NCBI GenBank assembly: GCA_965204535.1
Contig: OZ241996.1
Coordinates: 1,376,001 to 1,440,000, forward strand
Source: a bacterium
GTDB lineage: Bacteria > UBA8248
Reading direction: 5' to 3'
Length of the DNA stretch: 64,000 nucleotides
Under the pieces are notes generated by a model. That model did not search any database. It saw nothing but the letters and a program-made list of their open reading frames with translations, and had not been told where the DNA came from. The translations under genes and the position numbers were made by a program. This document shows, in pieces, positions 12,454-21,389 of this stretch (position 1 is the stretch's first letter; each line of letters begins with the position of its first letter).

Positions 12454-13821
12454 ATGCCTTCTCTCGTATTCGTAATCGTAGGGCGACCGAATGTGGGGAA
12501 ATCTACGTTCTTCAATCGTCTCACCGGCAGACGGGACGCCATTGTCCGTGCGGAACCGGGAGTGACCCGGGACAGGCGCTACGGCGAGGGGGAATGGGAA
12601 GGCAGTAAATTTCTCGCCGTCGATACGGGCGGCATTGCCGCATTGGAAAGCGATCCTTTTTTGCCGAAAATTCAGGAACAGACGGCAGCCGCCATCGCGG
12701 AGAGTGATGTGGTTTTATTTCTTGTCGATGGAATCGAGGGCCTCCTTCCTGGGGATCACGAAATCGCGCAAATGCTCCGCGTCTCGAAGAAACCGGTGTT
12801 GCTCATTCTGAATAAATCAGATTCCAAACGCGCACGAGAGGCGGAATGGGATTTTTACCAACTGGGCCTTGGGGATGTTTGGCCCGTTTCGGCGGAACAT
12901 GGTTCAGGCGTGTCCGAGGTGATGGATGAGGCGGTTCGCATCGCTTCGGGTGAGCTTGGAAGCGAAGAGACTGGGGATACGGATGAGCATCGGGTCGCCG
13001 TCGTCGGCCGCCCAAATGTGGGGAAATCCTCTTTCGTGAATCAACTCCTGGGAAGCGAACGCTCTCTGGTGAGTCCAGTCCCAGGCACAACACGAGACCC
13101 GGTGGATTCCCTATGTTTGAGAGAGGGAAACTCTTACCGTCTCGTGGATACAGCCGGCATCAGGAGAAGAGGAAAGATCGGAAAGCGCCAGGTGGAGGCG
13201 GTGAGCATGATTATGGCCTATCGAAGCATCGAACGCGCACAGATCGCTTTGCTGCTCATCGACGCGACCGAAGGTCCGAAAACGATGGATGCGCAGATAG
13301 CCCGCCACATCAAAGAATCCGGCCGCGCCTGCGCGATTTTGTTGAATAAATGGGACCTCGTCGAGAAGGAAAGCAAGACGTTCGATGGGACGGTACGCGA
13401 AATCAGGGACAAACTGGTTCACATCCAATTCGCGCCGGTTCTCTCAGTCTCCGCTCTGACGGGCCAGAGGTGCGAGCGGGTATTCGACGTAATAGACAAG
13501 ATCCTCGAGTCTCATTTCAGGCGTGTGCCCACTGGACAATTGAACCGGGCAATCGCGGAAATCGTTAATGCGCACCCCCCGCCCACAGTTTCGGGGGGGC
13601 GGCGTCCCAAAGTGTATTACGCTACGCAAAGCGGCGTTTCTCCGCCTCATGTCATTCTCTTTGCAAGTCTCGCAAGCCAAATCCCTGTGGAGCAATATGG
13701 GAGGTACGTGGAAAATAGGTTGAGAGAGCGGTTTGATTTTGAGGGTACGCCGCTCAGGGTGAGCTTCCGCCAAAGAGGGGCGAGCGCCCCGCGAAGACGA
13801 AGGGGAAAAGCAAGGCGATAA
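12454..13821 (+). CDS. der: ribosome biogenesis GTPase Der (EngA)
   Basis: Two GRPNVGKS P-loops, DTGG/DTAG, NKWD, C-terminal FDFEGTP. Confidence 0.97.
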   Translation: MPSLVFVIVGRPNVGKSTFFNRLTGRRDAIVRAEPGVTRDRRYGEGEWEGSKFLAVDTGGIAALESDPFLPKIQEQTAAAIAESDVVLFLVDGIEGLLPGDHEIAQMLRVSKKPVLLILNKSDSKRAREAEWDFYQLGLGDVWPVSAEHGSGVSEVMDEAVRIASGELGSEETGDTDEHRVAVVGRPNVGKSSFVNQLLGSERSLVSPVPGTTRDPVDSLCLREGNSYRLVDTAGIRRRGKIGKRQVEAVSMIMAYRSIERAQIALLLIDATEGPKTMDAQIARHIKESGRACAILLNKWDLVEKESKTFDGTVREIRDKLVHIQFAPVLSVSALTGQRCERVFDVIDKILESHFRRVPTGQLNRAIAEIVNAHPPPTVSGGRRPKVYYATQSGVSPPHVILFASLASQIPVEQYGRYVENRLRERFDFEGTPLRVSFRQRGASAPRRRRGKARR

Positions 13822-13910
13822 CTTCAAGAATTTTCGAGAGTTTGGCGCAAGCGCACAACCTTATAGTTCATACCCAGCTTTAATGATGCCCCGCAAGTAA
13901 TTCAATCTGA

Positions 13911-13939
13911 TTGACAAAACGAACCTTGGATGGCACGAT
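13911..13939 (+). promoter_or_regulatory. putative sigma70 promoter of the EF-G2 gene
   Basis: TTGACA-17 nt-CACGAT about 100 nt upstream of the start. Confidence 0.45.
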
Positions 13940-14038
13940 TTGAGGCATATTTGTTTTCGTATTCATCACCGAGTCGGGCGCGAGGCTCTTTCTAAACGTC
14001 ACGTTGCCAAAGGACTGATATCAGAGGAGTTGAGGTAA

Positions 14039-16126
14039 ATGGCGGCGCACGAAACAGACAAAATTCGAAACGTAGCTTTCGTGGGGGAGGGAGGAAACGG
14101 GAAAACTTCCCTTGTGGAGGCCTGCCTTTTCACCGCTGGAAGTACGGACAGGCAGGGGAAGGTAGATGCAGGCAACACGATACTTGACTCGGAACCCGAA
14201 GAAGTGAAAAGAAACTCCTCCATCCTGGGTGCGGTGGCCTACGCCGATTGGAACAGGCATCGTATCAACCTTCTCGACACACCGGGATATTCGAATTTCA
14301 TATCGGATACCGTCGCAGCCATTTGCGCATGTGACAACGCCGTCGTCGTGCTGAATTCTCATTCAGAACCCAAGGTGATTACCGAAAAAGTTTTGGGTTG
14401 GGCCGAGGAAGAAGGTTTGTGTCAATTCATATTTCTGAACCAAATGGATCATGAACAAGCCGATTTGAGCCGCGCGATGGAATTTGCGGAAAAGACGATT
14501 GATAAACGTCTTGTGGTATTGCAGGTGCCGATGAACCCGGGCGCCGGTTTCGATGGGGTTGTCGATCTCATCTCGGGCAAAGCTTTCACCTATCAAGTCG
14601 AGGGGAATGGAAAGGGTGTGGAGAGCGATATTCCCGCAGAACTGGCCGATACCTGCGAAGAGTATCGCGGGCAACTCATCGAGTTCGCGGCAGAGGCCAA
14701 TGAAGAGGTTCTCGAGAAGTATCTGGAAGGAGAGGAGCTTTCACCGGATGAGATCGTCCAGGGATTGCACCAGGGGATTCATGAAGGTTCCTTTATGCCG
14801 GTTTTGTGTGGTTGCGGATTGAAAAACATAGGCACGGACCTGTTACTCCAGGCAATAGAGGAGTTCGGCGCCTCGCCCTCGGCGCGTGAATTCAAAGCGA
14901 ATAACGCGAACGGCGAGGAGGTGAGCATCAAAGCGGACTCAGGTGAACCTTTCCGCGCCCTGGTGTTCAAAACGGTAGTGGATGCTTTCGCAGGCAAGTT
15001 GAATTATTTCCGGGTGGTCTCGGGCGAGGTTTCTTCCGACACCGCCGTTCTGAACACCACGCAATCGGAGAAAGAGAGAATCGGTTCCTTGCTCTTCATT
15101 CAGGGCAAAGGCCAGTCTCCCGTCTCCGACAAACTGGTGCCGGGAGATATCGCCGCGCTCGCCAAGCTGAAAACCACGAGAACCGGGGATACGCTCTGCG
15201 ACGATGCCGGCGCCGTCGTGTTCGAACCCATCAGCTTCCCCTCGCCCGTCATCTCCTACGCCGTGGAGCCCAAGAGCAAGGGTGATGAGGAAAAACTCAG
15301 CACGGCTCTCGCGCGTTTGCGCGATGAAGACCCGGCGCTCACCGTCAGCCGTGATTCTCAAACGAAAGAGATGCTTCTCTCGGGCCTGGGCGTTCTGCAC
15401 ATTGAGGTGATAGTCGAGCGCATCAAGCGCAAATATGGCGTGGAAGTGGAGATGAAGACTCCGCGCGTGCCCTACAAGGAAACGATTAAGGGCAGAACCA
15501 AGGTACAGGGCCGCTACAAGAAACAAACCGGTGGGCGAGGACAGTTTGGAGACACCTGGCTTGAGATCGAGCCGCTACAGCGTGGCGGCGGGTTCGAGTT
15601 CGTGGATAAAATCGTGGGTGGCGCGATTCCCAAGACGTTCATTCCGGCCGTGGAAAAGGGAATCGTGGAAGCGATGGATGCTGGAACCCTGGCGGGCTAT
15701 CCCGTTACGGATCTGAAAATCACGCTTTATGACGGCAGTTTTCACAACGTCGACAGTTCGGAAATGGCCTTCAAGATTGCCGGTTCTCTTGGATTCAAGA
15801 AAGGGGTTCAGGAGTGCAGGCCGACTCTTCTCGAGCCGATTATGAACATGCAAATCGTTGTGCCGGAAGAATATATGGGCGACATCATCGGCGACATGAA
15901 TTCACGCAGGGGCAGGGTGCTCGGCATGGACCCGGGCATCGGCGGCAAACAGGTCATCAAATCTCAAGTTCCCATGGCGGAGGTGTTGAACTATGCGCCC
16001 GCGCTGCGATCGCTGACCGCAGATCGAGGTGATTTCTCGATGGAATTTTCTCACTATGAGGAAGTGCCGGGACAAATTTCCGAGAAAATCATATCTGAAG
16101 CGGCGACTGCCCGTGAGAGCGAGTAA
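14039..16126 (+). CDS. fusA: elongation factor G-like protein (EF-G2 type, outside the str operon)
   Basis: Full five-domain EF-G; GEGGNGKTS, DTPG, KKQTGGRGQFG, DSSEMAFKIA; switch I reads RNSSI not RGITI. Confidence 0.92.
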   Translation: MAAHETDKIRNVAFVGEGGNGKTSLVEACLFTAGSTDRQGKVDAGNTILDSEPEEVKRNSSILGAVAYADWNRHRINLLDTPGYSNFISDTVAAICACDNAVVVLNSHSEPKVITEKVLGWAEEEGLCQFIFLNQMDHEQADLSRAMEFAEKTIDKRLVVLQVPMNPGAGFDGVVDLISGKAFTYQVEGNGKGVESDIPAELADTCEEYRGQLIEFAAEANEEVLEKYLEGEELSPDEIVQGLHQGIHEGSFMPVLCGCGLKNIGTDLLLQAIEEFGASPSAREFKANNANGEEVSIKADSGEPFRALVFKTVVDAFAGKLNYFRVVSGEVSSDTAVLNTTQSEKERIGSLLFIQGKGQSPVSDKLVPGDIAALAKLKTTRTGDTLCDDAGAVVFEPISFPSPVISYAVEPKSKGDEEKLSTALARLRDEDPALTVSRDSQTKEMLLSGLGVLHIEVIVERIKRKYGVEVEMKTPRVPYKETIKGRTKVQGRYKKQTGGRGQFGDTWLEIEPLQRGGGFEFVDKIVGGAIPKTFIPAVEKGIVEAMDAGTLAGYPVTDLKITLYDGSFHNVDSSEMAFKIAGSLGFKKGVQECRPTLLEPIMNMQIVVPEEYMGDIIGDMNSRRGRVLGMDPGIGGKQVIKSQVPMAEVLNYAPALRSLTADRGDFSMEFSHYEEVPGQISEKIISEAATARESE

Positions 16127-16157
16127 TTCGCATATATAGAGGTAGAGGGTTCTTATC

Positions 16158-17393
16158 ATGGCGAGAAAAGGGGTGAATCTTCTGGAAGGCGATGATGAGG
16201 AAAGGGAAGGGGACTCGGACGGGGACTCTGGAGACGATGGAGGAAGTTACGAGCGTCGAAGAGGCGGTTTCGTCGACGTCTTGATGGTCATCCTGTTCGT
16301 GTGCGTCATGTTGGGCGGCGTGGCTTGGGCGGGGTATCAATTTTGGTGGCTTCCCAAAGTGAAAAAAGAGGCGCAACTCAAAAGAGCCCGCATGAAGCAA
16401 GAACAACAGAGAAGAATGCTTTTGGCGAACAGGCAAGGCACGCGACGAGTTCCCGAACGGGTTTCTCAGACCGCGGGCGCCGCGCCGCCGCAAAGAGCTA
16501 TGGGTGCAACGGGTCGAAACATACAGCCTAACCGCCCCACACCTCCGCGGTCGGCTGAAAAAAAGGCGATGCCACGAAAATCCACTCCCCGAAGCCCGGC
16601 TGCAAAGGCGCCGCCCGCCACTTCAGCGGTGATGGAAAAGCCCGCTGCTCCGCCGAAGATGAAAGAAAAGCCGAGGCGCGAGCCGGCGATGGTCATTCAA
16701 ATCCCCGAGAAGAAAGCTTCGGTTCCTAAAACCGGGCCCGCTCGCTCGATTCTCCGCAAAAAACAGGTTGCCGAGAAGAAGCCGGAAGCGCCGAAAGCAA
16801 AAATTCAAAGTGCACCAGGCGCCCGCAAGTCGACTCGGGGTTTTTACTATAGCGTTCAGGTGGCTTCCTGCAGGACCGAGCGTTGCGCGGATTCGTTTTC
16901 AAAACGCTTGAAGAGCAAGGGGTTTTCCGCCTTCAGGGTGGCAAGCACAAGCCGCGCGACCACCAGAAGCCGTGCGACAAGCACAAGCCGTGCGAGGCGT
17001 CGCAGTGGTCAGCAGATCACAGAGGTGCGCCTCGGTTCGTTTTCGAGTCTGTCTAAGGCCCGGGCCCTGGCGAGCAGGGCGAAGAAGAACAAGATCGAGG
17101 CCAGGGTATACCGCTCCGATAAGCAATGGAGGGTGGCGGCAGGAAGGTTCAGGAATCTGGAAGATGCGGCCCTTCTTCTGGACCGCGCGGAAGATGCCGG
17201 ATTTCGCGGTGAGCTCGCCTCCCGGCTTCAAAATGGGAGGACTTCCCGGCCTCAAAGTGGAAAGACGAGGAAGCTTTACAGGATACGAACCGGAAAATTC
17301 GAAACCCTCCGTAAGGCGATGGCGTTCAGGAAGAAAATCCGCCTTGCCGGGTTTTCCGATGCCATTGTAGTTCGCCGCAGATCGAGAAGATAG
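16158..17393 (+). CDS. membrane-anchored SPOR-domain cell division/peptidoglycan-binding protein
   Basis: Acidic N-terminus, one TM helix, Pro/Lys-rich linker, SPOR motifs [29 protein letters not shown]. Confidence 0.8.
   Translation: MARKGVNLLEGDDEEREGDSDGDSGDDGGSYERRRGGFVDVLMVILFVCVMLGGVAWAGYQFWWLPKVKKEAQLKRARMKQEQQRRMLLANRQGTRRVPERVSQTAGAAPPQRAMGATGRNIQPNRPTPPRSAEKKAMPRKSTPRSPAAKAPPATSAVMEKPAAPPKMKEKPRREPAMVIQIPEKKASVPKTGPARSILRKKQVAEKKPEAPKAKIQSAPGARKSTRGFYYSVQVASCRTERCADSFSKRLKSKGFSAFRVASTSRATTRSRATSTSRARRRSGQQITEVRLGSFSSLSKARALASRAKKNKIEARVYRSDKQWRVAAGRFRNLEDAALLLDRAEDAGFRGELASRLQNGRTSRPQSGKTRKLYRIRTGKFETLRKAMAFRKKIRLAGFSDAIVVRRRSRR
16944..16997 (+). repeat. in-frame 18-bp tandem repeat x3
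   Basis: agcacaagccgcgcgacc / accagaagccgtgcgaca / agcacaagccgtgcgagg encoding [18 protein letters not shown]. Confidence 0.75.
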
Positions 17394-17403
17394 GGAGCTG
17401 ACC

Positions 17404-17826
17404 ATGGCCCAGAACGCCCAGAATCAACACATACCCGACAAGTTGTTTTTCAAGATCGGTGAAGTGGCGGAATTGACGGGTACAAAGCCCCATGTACTGC
17501 GTTATTGGGAGAGTGAATTCCGAATGCTCCGACCGGCGAAAGGGGATTCCGGGCAACGCATATATCGCCGCAAAGACGTGGAACTCGTTTTCTCGATCAA
17601 GCAATTGTTGTACGAAGAGAACTTCACCATTGCCGGAGCCAAGAAACAGCTTCAAAAACAAAGAGCAGCGAGAGCTGAAGCAAACAAGGCGAAAAAACCT
17701 GCTGAAGCCAAGCCGGACACTACTCCTGTATTGCCGTTTGAAAGTTCTGACCGGGAAAACCTCGATCTGACGTGGATTCGCAAAGAACTCAGGGAAATAC
17801 TAGGGATACTTGATAGGGGCTGTTGA
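17404..17826 (+). CDS. MerR-family transcriptional regulator (type usually found after ihfA)
   Basis: [46 protein letters not shown]. Confidence 0.92.
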   Translation: MAQNAQNQHIPDKLFFKIGEVAELTGTKPHVLRYWESEFRMLRPAKGDSGQRIYRRKDVELVFSIKQLLYEENFTIAGAKKQLQKQRAARAEANKAKKPAEAKPDTTPVLPFESSDRENLDLTWIRKELREILGILDRGC

Positions 17827-18042
17827 GACTCGCCTGGATTTGGCTTGCTGATTCTGCCGGTCTGCATTTCCAGTAGCTATTGACGGATCAGCCCGTTCTG
17901 CTTATTGTGCCGCCCGCTCAATTCTAAACACGGAAATTGCGCCAGAGGCTATGAACGTAGTGAACCGATAAGAGAATTGTCCATATGTTCCGATAGAGCC
18001 GTGGCGCTGGTCCGGAGCTCAACACTAAAGGATCATGGTTAG

Positions 18043-18717
18043 ATGGCCAGAACTTTCAGAAAAGAAATCCGGCAGCCCGACGCGTTGCAAACCCATGGAA
18101 GAAAAGCAGTTCTTTGGTTTGTAGAGAATCAAAAGTATTTCTACCTGGGGCTTGGCGTTGTTATTTTGGTGGCGGTCGTTTTTGTGGGCTACCGCATGTG
18201 GGATGAGCGCGCGCGCGAAAAAGCGTTCCTGGCCTATGGCTTGGCCAATATCGCTTCTCTGGATAGCAAGAGCGGCGAAGCGGTGGAAACCGCCTTCCAA
18301 AAGGTGGCCGACGATTACCCGCGCTCGCGTCCGGGTCTTCTGGCGCGCTTGCGACTCGCGGCCCTGCTGCGCGAGAGGAAACAATATCAAGGCGCGCGGG
18401 CGCAATATGAGCTTGTGGCGAAGAGCAGCGTATCCTCAGAGACCGACAAGGAATTGGCGAAGCGCGGAATCGCCTCCGTATTGATGCTTGAGGGAGCCTG
18501 CGCGGAAGCCGTCCCGATATGGAAGTCGATTCTTGAAAAAGGGAGTCTTTTCACGTCCGAAGATCTGTATATCTCGATTGCCGATTGTCAGGAGAAGCTC
18601 GGACGATTCGAGGATGCGCGCAAGACTTATGAAGAGTTGAGCAAAAAGCACCCGGAGAGTCCGTTTCTGACCGAACGAATCCGTGCGAAAGTGGGCGGCG
18701 AGAAACCCGCTAAATAA
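18043..18717 (+). CDS. YfgM-like membrane-anchored TPR protein
   Basis: One N-terminal TM helix, F.KVADDYP.S, helical repeats ending Y..L.KKHP.SPF. Confidence 0.7.
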   Translation: MARTFRKEIRQPDALQTHGRKAVLWFVENQKYFYLGLGVVILVAVVFVGYRMWDERAREKAFLAYGLANIASLDSKSGEAVETAFQKVADDYPRSRPGLLARLRLAALLRERKQYQGARAQYELVAKSSVSSETDKELAKRGIASVLMLEGACAEAVPIWKSILEKGSLFTSEDLYISIADCQEKLGRFEDARKTYEELSKKHPESPFLTERIRAKVGGEKPAK

Positions 18718-18834
18718 AAACCATTCCGAACATTCATCGCATGACGTAATGCCGATAAGATATGTTATGTAAAGTTATATCCAGGGCCGTTGCCTGCTCT
18801 TTCGTCTGAACTCCTCTGCGTGATAGACTGGGCC

Positions 18835-20058
18835 ATGAAGCCACCCGCTCAAGGAAAACCCCTTGCCGTTCGTGGACATCCCGTGGATGAAGGCGCTCTT
18901 CGCCAGATTGAGTGCTGTCTCGCCGATGATGAAGCGCGGGCAGGCGCTTTGTGCGCCGACCACCACCTGGGCTATTCCATGCCCATCGGGGGCATTATCG
19001 CCTACGAGAATGCCGTATCGCCGAGCGGTGTGGGCTATGACATCGCTTGCGGGAACAAGGCCGTCAAAACGGACCTGAAGGCCTCGGACGTGCGTCCTGA
19101 ACTATCCGGCATCATGGACGAGATATTTCGCAACCTGGAATTCGGCATGGGCCGGAAAAATCCCGAACCCATCGACGACCCGCTTTTCGATGATCCCGCG
19201 TGGAAGTTGTCGCCCGAATTCGAGGATTTGAAGCCGTTGGCGCGCTCGCAGTTGGGCACCATCGGCGCGGGCAATCACTATGTCGATTTATTCGTCGAAG
19301 AGGCGAACGACGCGCTTTGGGTCGGGATTCACTTCGGCTCAAGAGGCTTTGGCCACAAAACATGCACCGGTTTCTTGAATCTGGCGAAAAACCGCAAATT
19401 CGATGCCCCTCCTGCCCGTGAGGAAATACACTCTCCAGCCACCGTCTTTTCTCTCTTCTCCCCCTTGGGAGAAGACTATTTCGCCGCCATGAAGCTGGCC
19501 GGGCGTTACGCCTATGCCGGAAGGGATTATGTGGGTGGTCGGGTGCTCGACATCCTTGGCGCCGACTCGGTATGGGAAGTACACAACCACCACAATTTCG
19601 CCTGGGAGGAAGAGCACGACGGCAAGCGCTGCATCGTGGTCCGCAAGGGCGCCACGCCCGCCTGGCCGGGCCAGAAATGTTTTATCGGCGGGAGCATGGG
19701 AGATCTCTCCGTCATCGCCGAAGGCGTTGAGACGCCGGGGGCGAAATCTCTCCTCTACTCCACGGTTCATGGCGCGGGCCGCGTGATGAGCAGAACCAAG
19801 GCGGCCGGAAGGAAAAGGTGGCTCAAGGGCCGTCTGATCCGCAAGGGCGGCGCGATCACGCGCCAGGACATGAACGAGTGGGTCGAGGACATCGGCGTCG
19901 TGCTTCGCGGAGCGGATACGGACGAGGCGCCGCAGGCGTACAAACGGCTTGATAAGGTATTGAAACTGCACGACGACGCACTTCGCATTTTGCACGTGCT
20001 CAGGCCCATCGGAGTGGCGATGGCGGGCCCCGATGTCCAGGATGAATTCAGGGACTAG
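18835..20058 (+). CDS. rtcB: RNA 2',3'-cyclic/3'-phosphate ligase RtcB
   Basis: HLGYSMPIGG, GVGYDIACG, QLGTIGAGNHY, HFGSRG, HNHHNFA, RKGATPA, HGAGR, DEAPQAYK. Confidence 0.95.
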   Translation: MKPPAQGKPLAVRGHPVDEGALRQIECCLADDEARAGALCADHHLGYSMPIGGIIAYENAVSPSGVGYDIACGNKAVKTDLKASDVRPELSGIMDEIFRNLEFGMGRKNPEPIDDPLFDDPAWKLSPEFEDLKPLARSQLGTIGAGNHYVDLFVEEANDALWVGIHFGSRGFGHKTCTGFLNLAKNRKFDAPPAREEIHSPATVFSLFSPLGEDYFAAMKLAGRYAYAGRDYVGGRVLDILGADSVWEVHNHHNFAWEEEHDGKRCIVVRKGATPAWPGQKCFIGGSMGDLSVIAEGVETPGAKSLLYSTVHGAGRVMSRTKAAGRKRWLKGRLIRKGGAITRQDMNEWVEDIGVVLRGADTDEAPQAYKRLDKVLKLHDDALRILHVLRPIGVAMAGPDVQDEFRD

Positions 20059-20195
20059 CTTGGCGTCTATACCATAATGTAATTTATCAAGTTCTACATC
20101 ATAAATATCTATAAATAAGTTGATTGAATGTTTTATATCATGTTCCTGCAAACGCGAATTCCGAAAGACACACTTCCCGGTTGAATGCCTTGTTA

Positions 20196-21194
20196 TTACC
20201 GCGAAAAAACCGGGTCGGTCCGGCCCTCGACGTCGAGTTCGAATCCCGCGTCATGTATCATGAGATGGGCCATGGCTGACTCCTGGCCGGATGTGGTGAG
20301 GTAGCCGTCCACGAAAATCGAGTTGGCCGGATATAGAGCCAGGGGCTGCATTTCTCTCAGTTGAACTTCCCTTCCCCCGGCGACGCGAATTTCGGAGCGG
20401 GGGTTGTAGAAGCGCATCAAGCAGAGCAGCTTGAGGCAGGCGATTGGCCCGAGCAACGGCCTACCTTCGAGCGGCGTGCCGCCGATCGGATTGAGGAAGT
20501 TCACCGGTATGGATTCGGGCGCGAGCGTGCTCAGCGCCTCACACACGTCGATGATGTCCTCAGCGCTCTCCCCTTGCCCGAAAATGACGCCCGAGCATAA
20601 TTCGAGACCGGCCCCGCGCGCCGCGCTCAAAGTATCCATGCGGTCGTCATAGGTGTGGGTGGAGCAGATTTGCGGATAATAGCGCTCGCTCGTGTTGAGG
20701 TTGTGATTGAAACGATCGACGCCCGCCTCGCTGAGTCTGGCGGCCTGGGAGGCTTCCATCAAACCGAGAGAACAGCACACGGAAAGGCGGTGGCGTGATT
20801 TTATCTCGGCGACGGCCCGACAGAGTCTTTCGATTTCCGCGTCCGATGGCCCCCGCGCGCTGATGACGATGCAGTAGCGCCTCGAACCGGCCGCCTCGGC
20901 CCGTGAGGCGCCCTCCAGGAGTTGTTCCTCATCCACCAGCTCGTATCTGTCGATTTGAGTGCTGGAGACGGCGGATTGAGAGCAATAGCCGCAATCCTCA
21001 GGACAGATGCCGCTCTTGGCGTTGATGAGGTAGTGAATCTGCACTTTCTTTCCGAAATAGGCGCGGCGGATTGTGAAGGCGGCGTCGAGAAGCTGAAGAA
21101 GCTCTTCGTCGGGCGCATTGATGACGGAGAGCGCCTCTTCTCGTCTGGGTCTTGCATCTTCTAGGGCGCGCCGCGCCAGTTTATGGTAGTTCAA
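20196..21194 (-). CDS. bioB: biotin synthase
   Basis: NAKSGICPEDCGYCSQS radical-SAM motif, FNHNLNT, CSGVIFG, SIPVNFL, IRVAGGRE; TTG start with RBS. Confidence 0.96.
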   Translation of the reverse strand: MNYHKLARRALEDARPRREEALSVINAPDEELLQLLDAAFTIRRAYFGKKVQIHYLINAKSGICPEDCGYCSQSAVSSTQIDRYELVDEEQLLEGASRAEAAGSRRYCIVISARGPSDAEIERLCRAVAEIKSRHRLSVCCSLGLMEASQAARLSEAGVDRFNHNLNTSERYYPQICSTHTYDDRMDTLSAARGAGLELCSGVIFGQGESAEDIIDVCEALSTLAPESIPVNFLNPIGGTPLEGRPLLGPIACLKLLCLMRFYNPRSEIRVAGGREVQLREMQPLALYPANSIFVDGYLTTSGQESAMAHLMIHDAGFELDVEGRTDPVFSR

Positions 21195-21389
21195 AGAGCG
21201 ATTCCTTCTGCTTGGGCGTCTGACCCGAAACTTTACGCGCCGCCCCACTCTTTGGCAAACGAGTGCGGCGAAGAGAGCGCAAAGGGGAGATGGTTCCCTT
21301 GTCTGCGCTGCTCGCGTGACTTATGATGAATCCGGTTTTCAACACTTAAGGCGATCCATAATAATTTACCATTATACCCCTTAGATTCA

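Noticed and set aside
13931-13948. sigma54 promoter (TGGCACG) upstream of EF-G2
   Set aside because: GG to GC spacing is off by one and the -12 TTGC is missing; a sigma70 reading fits better
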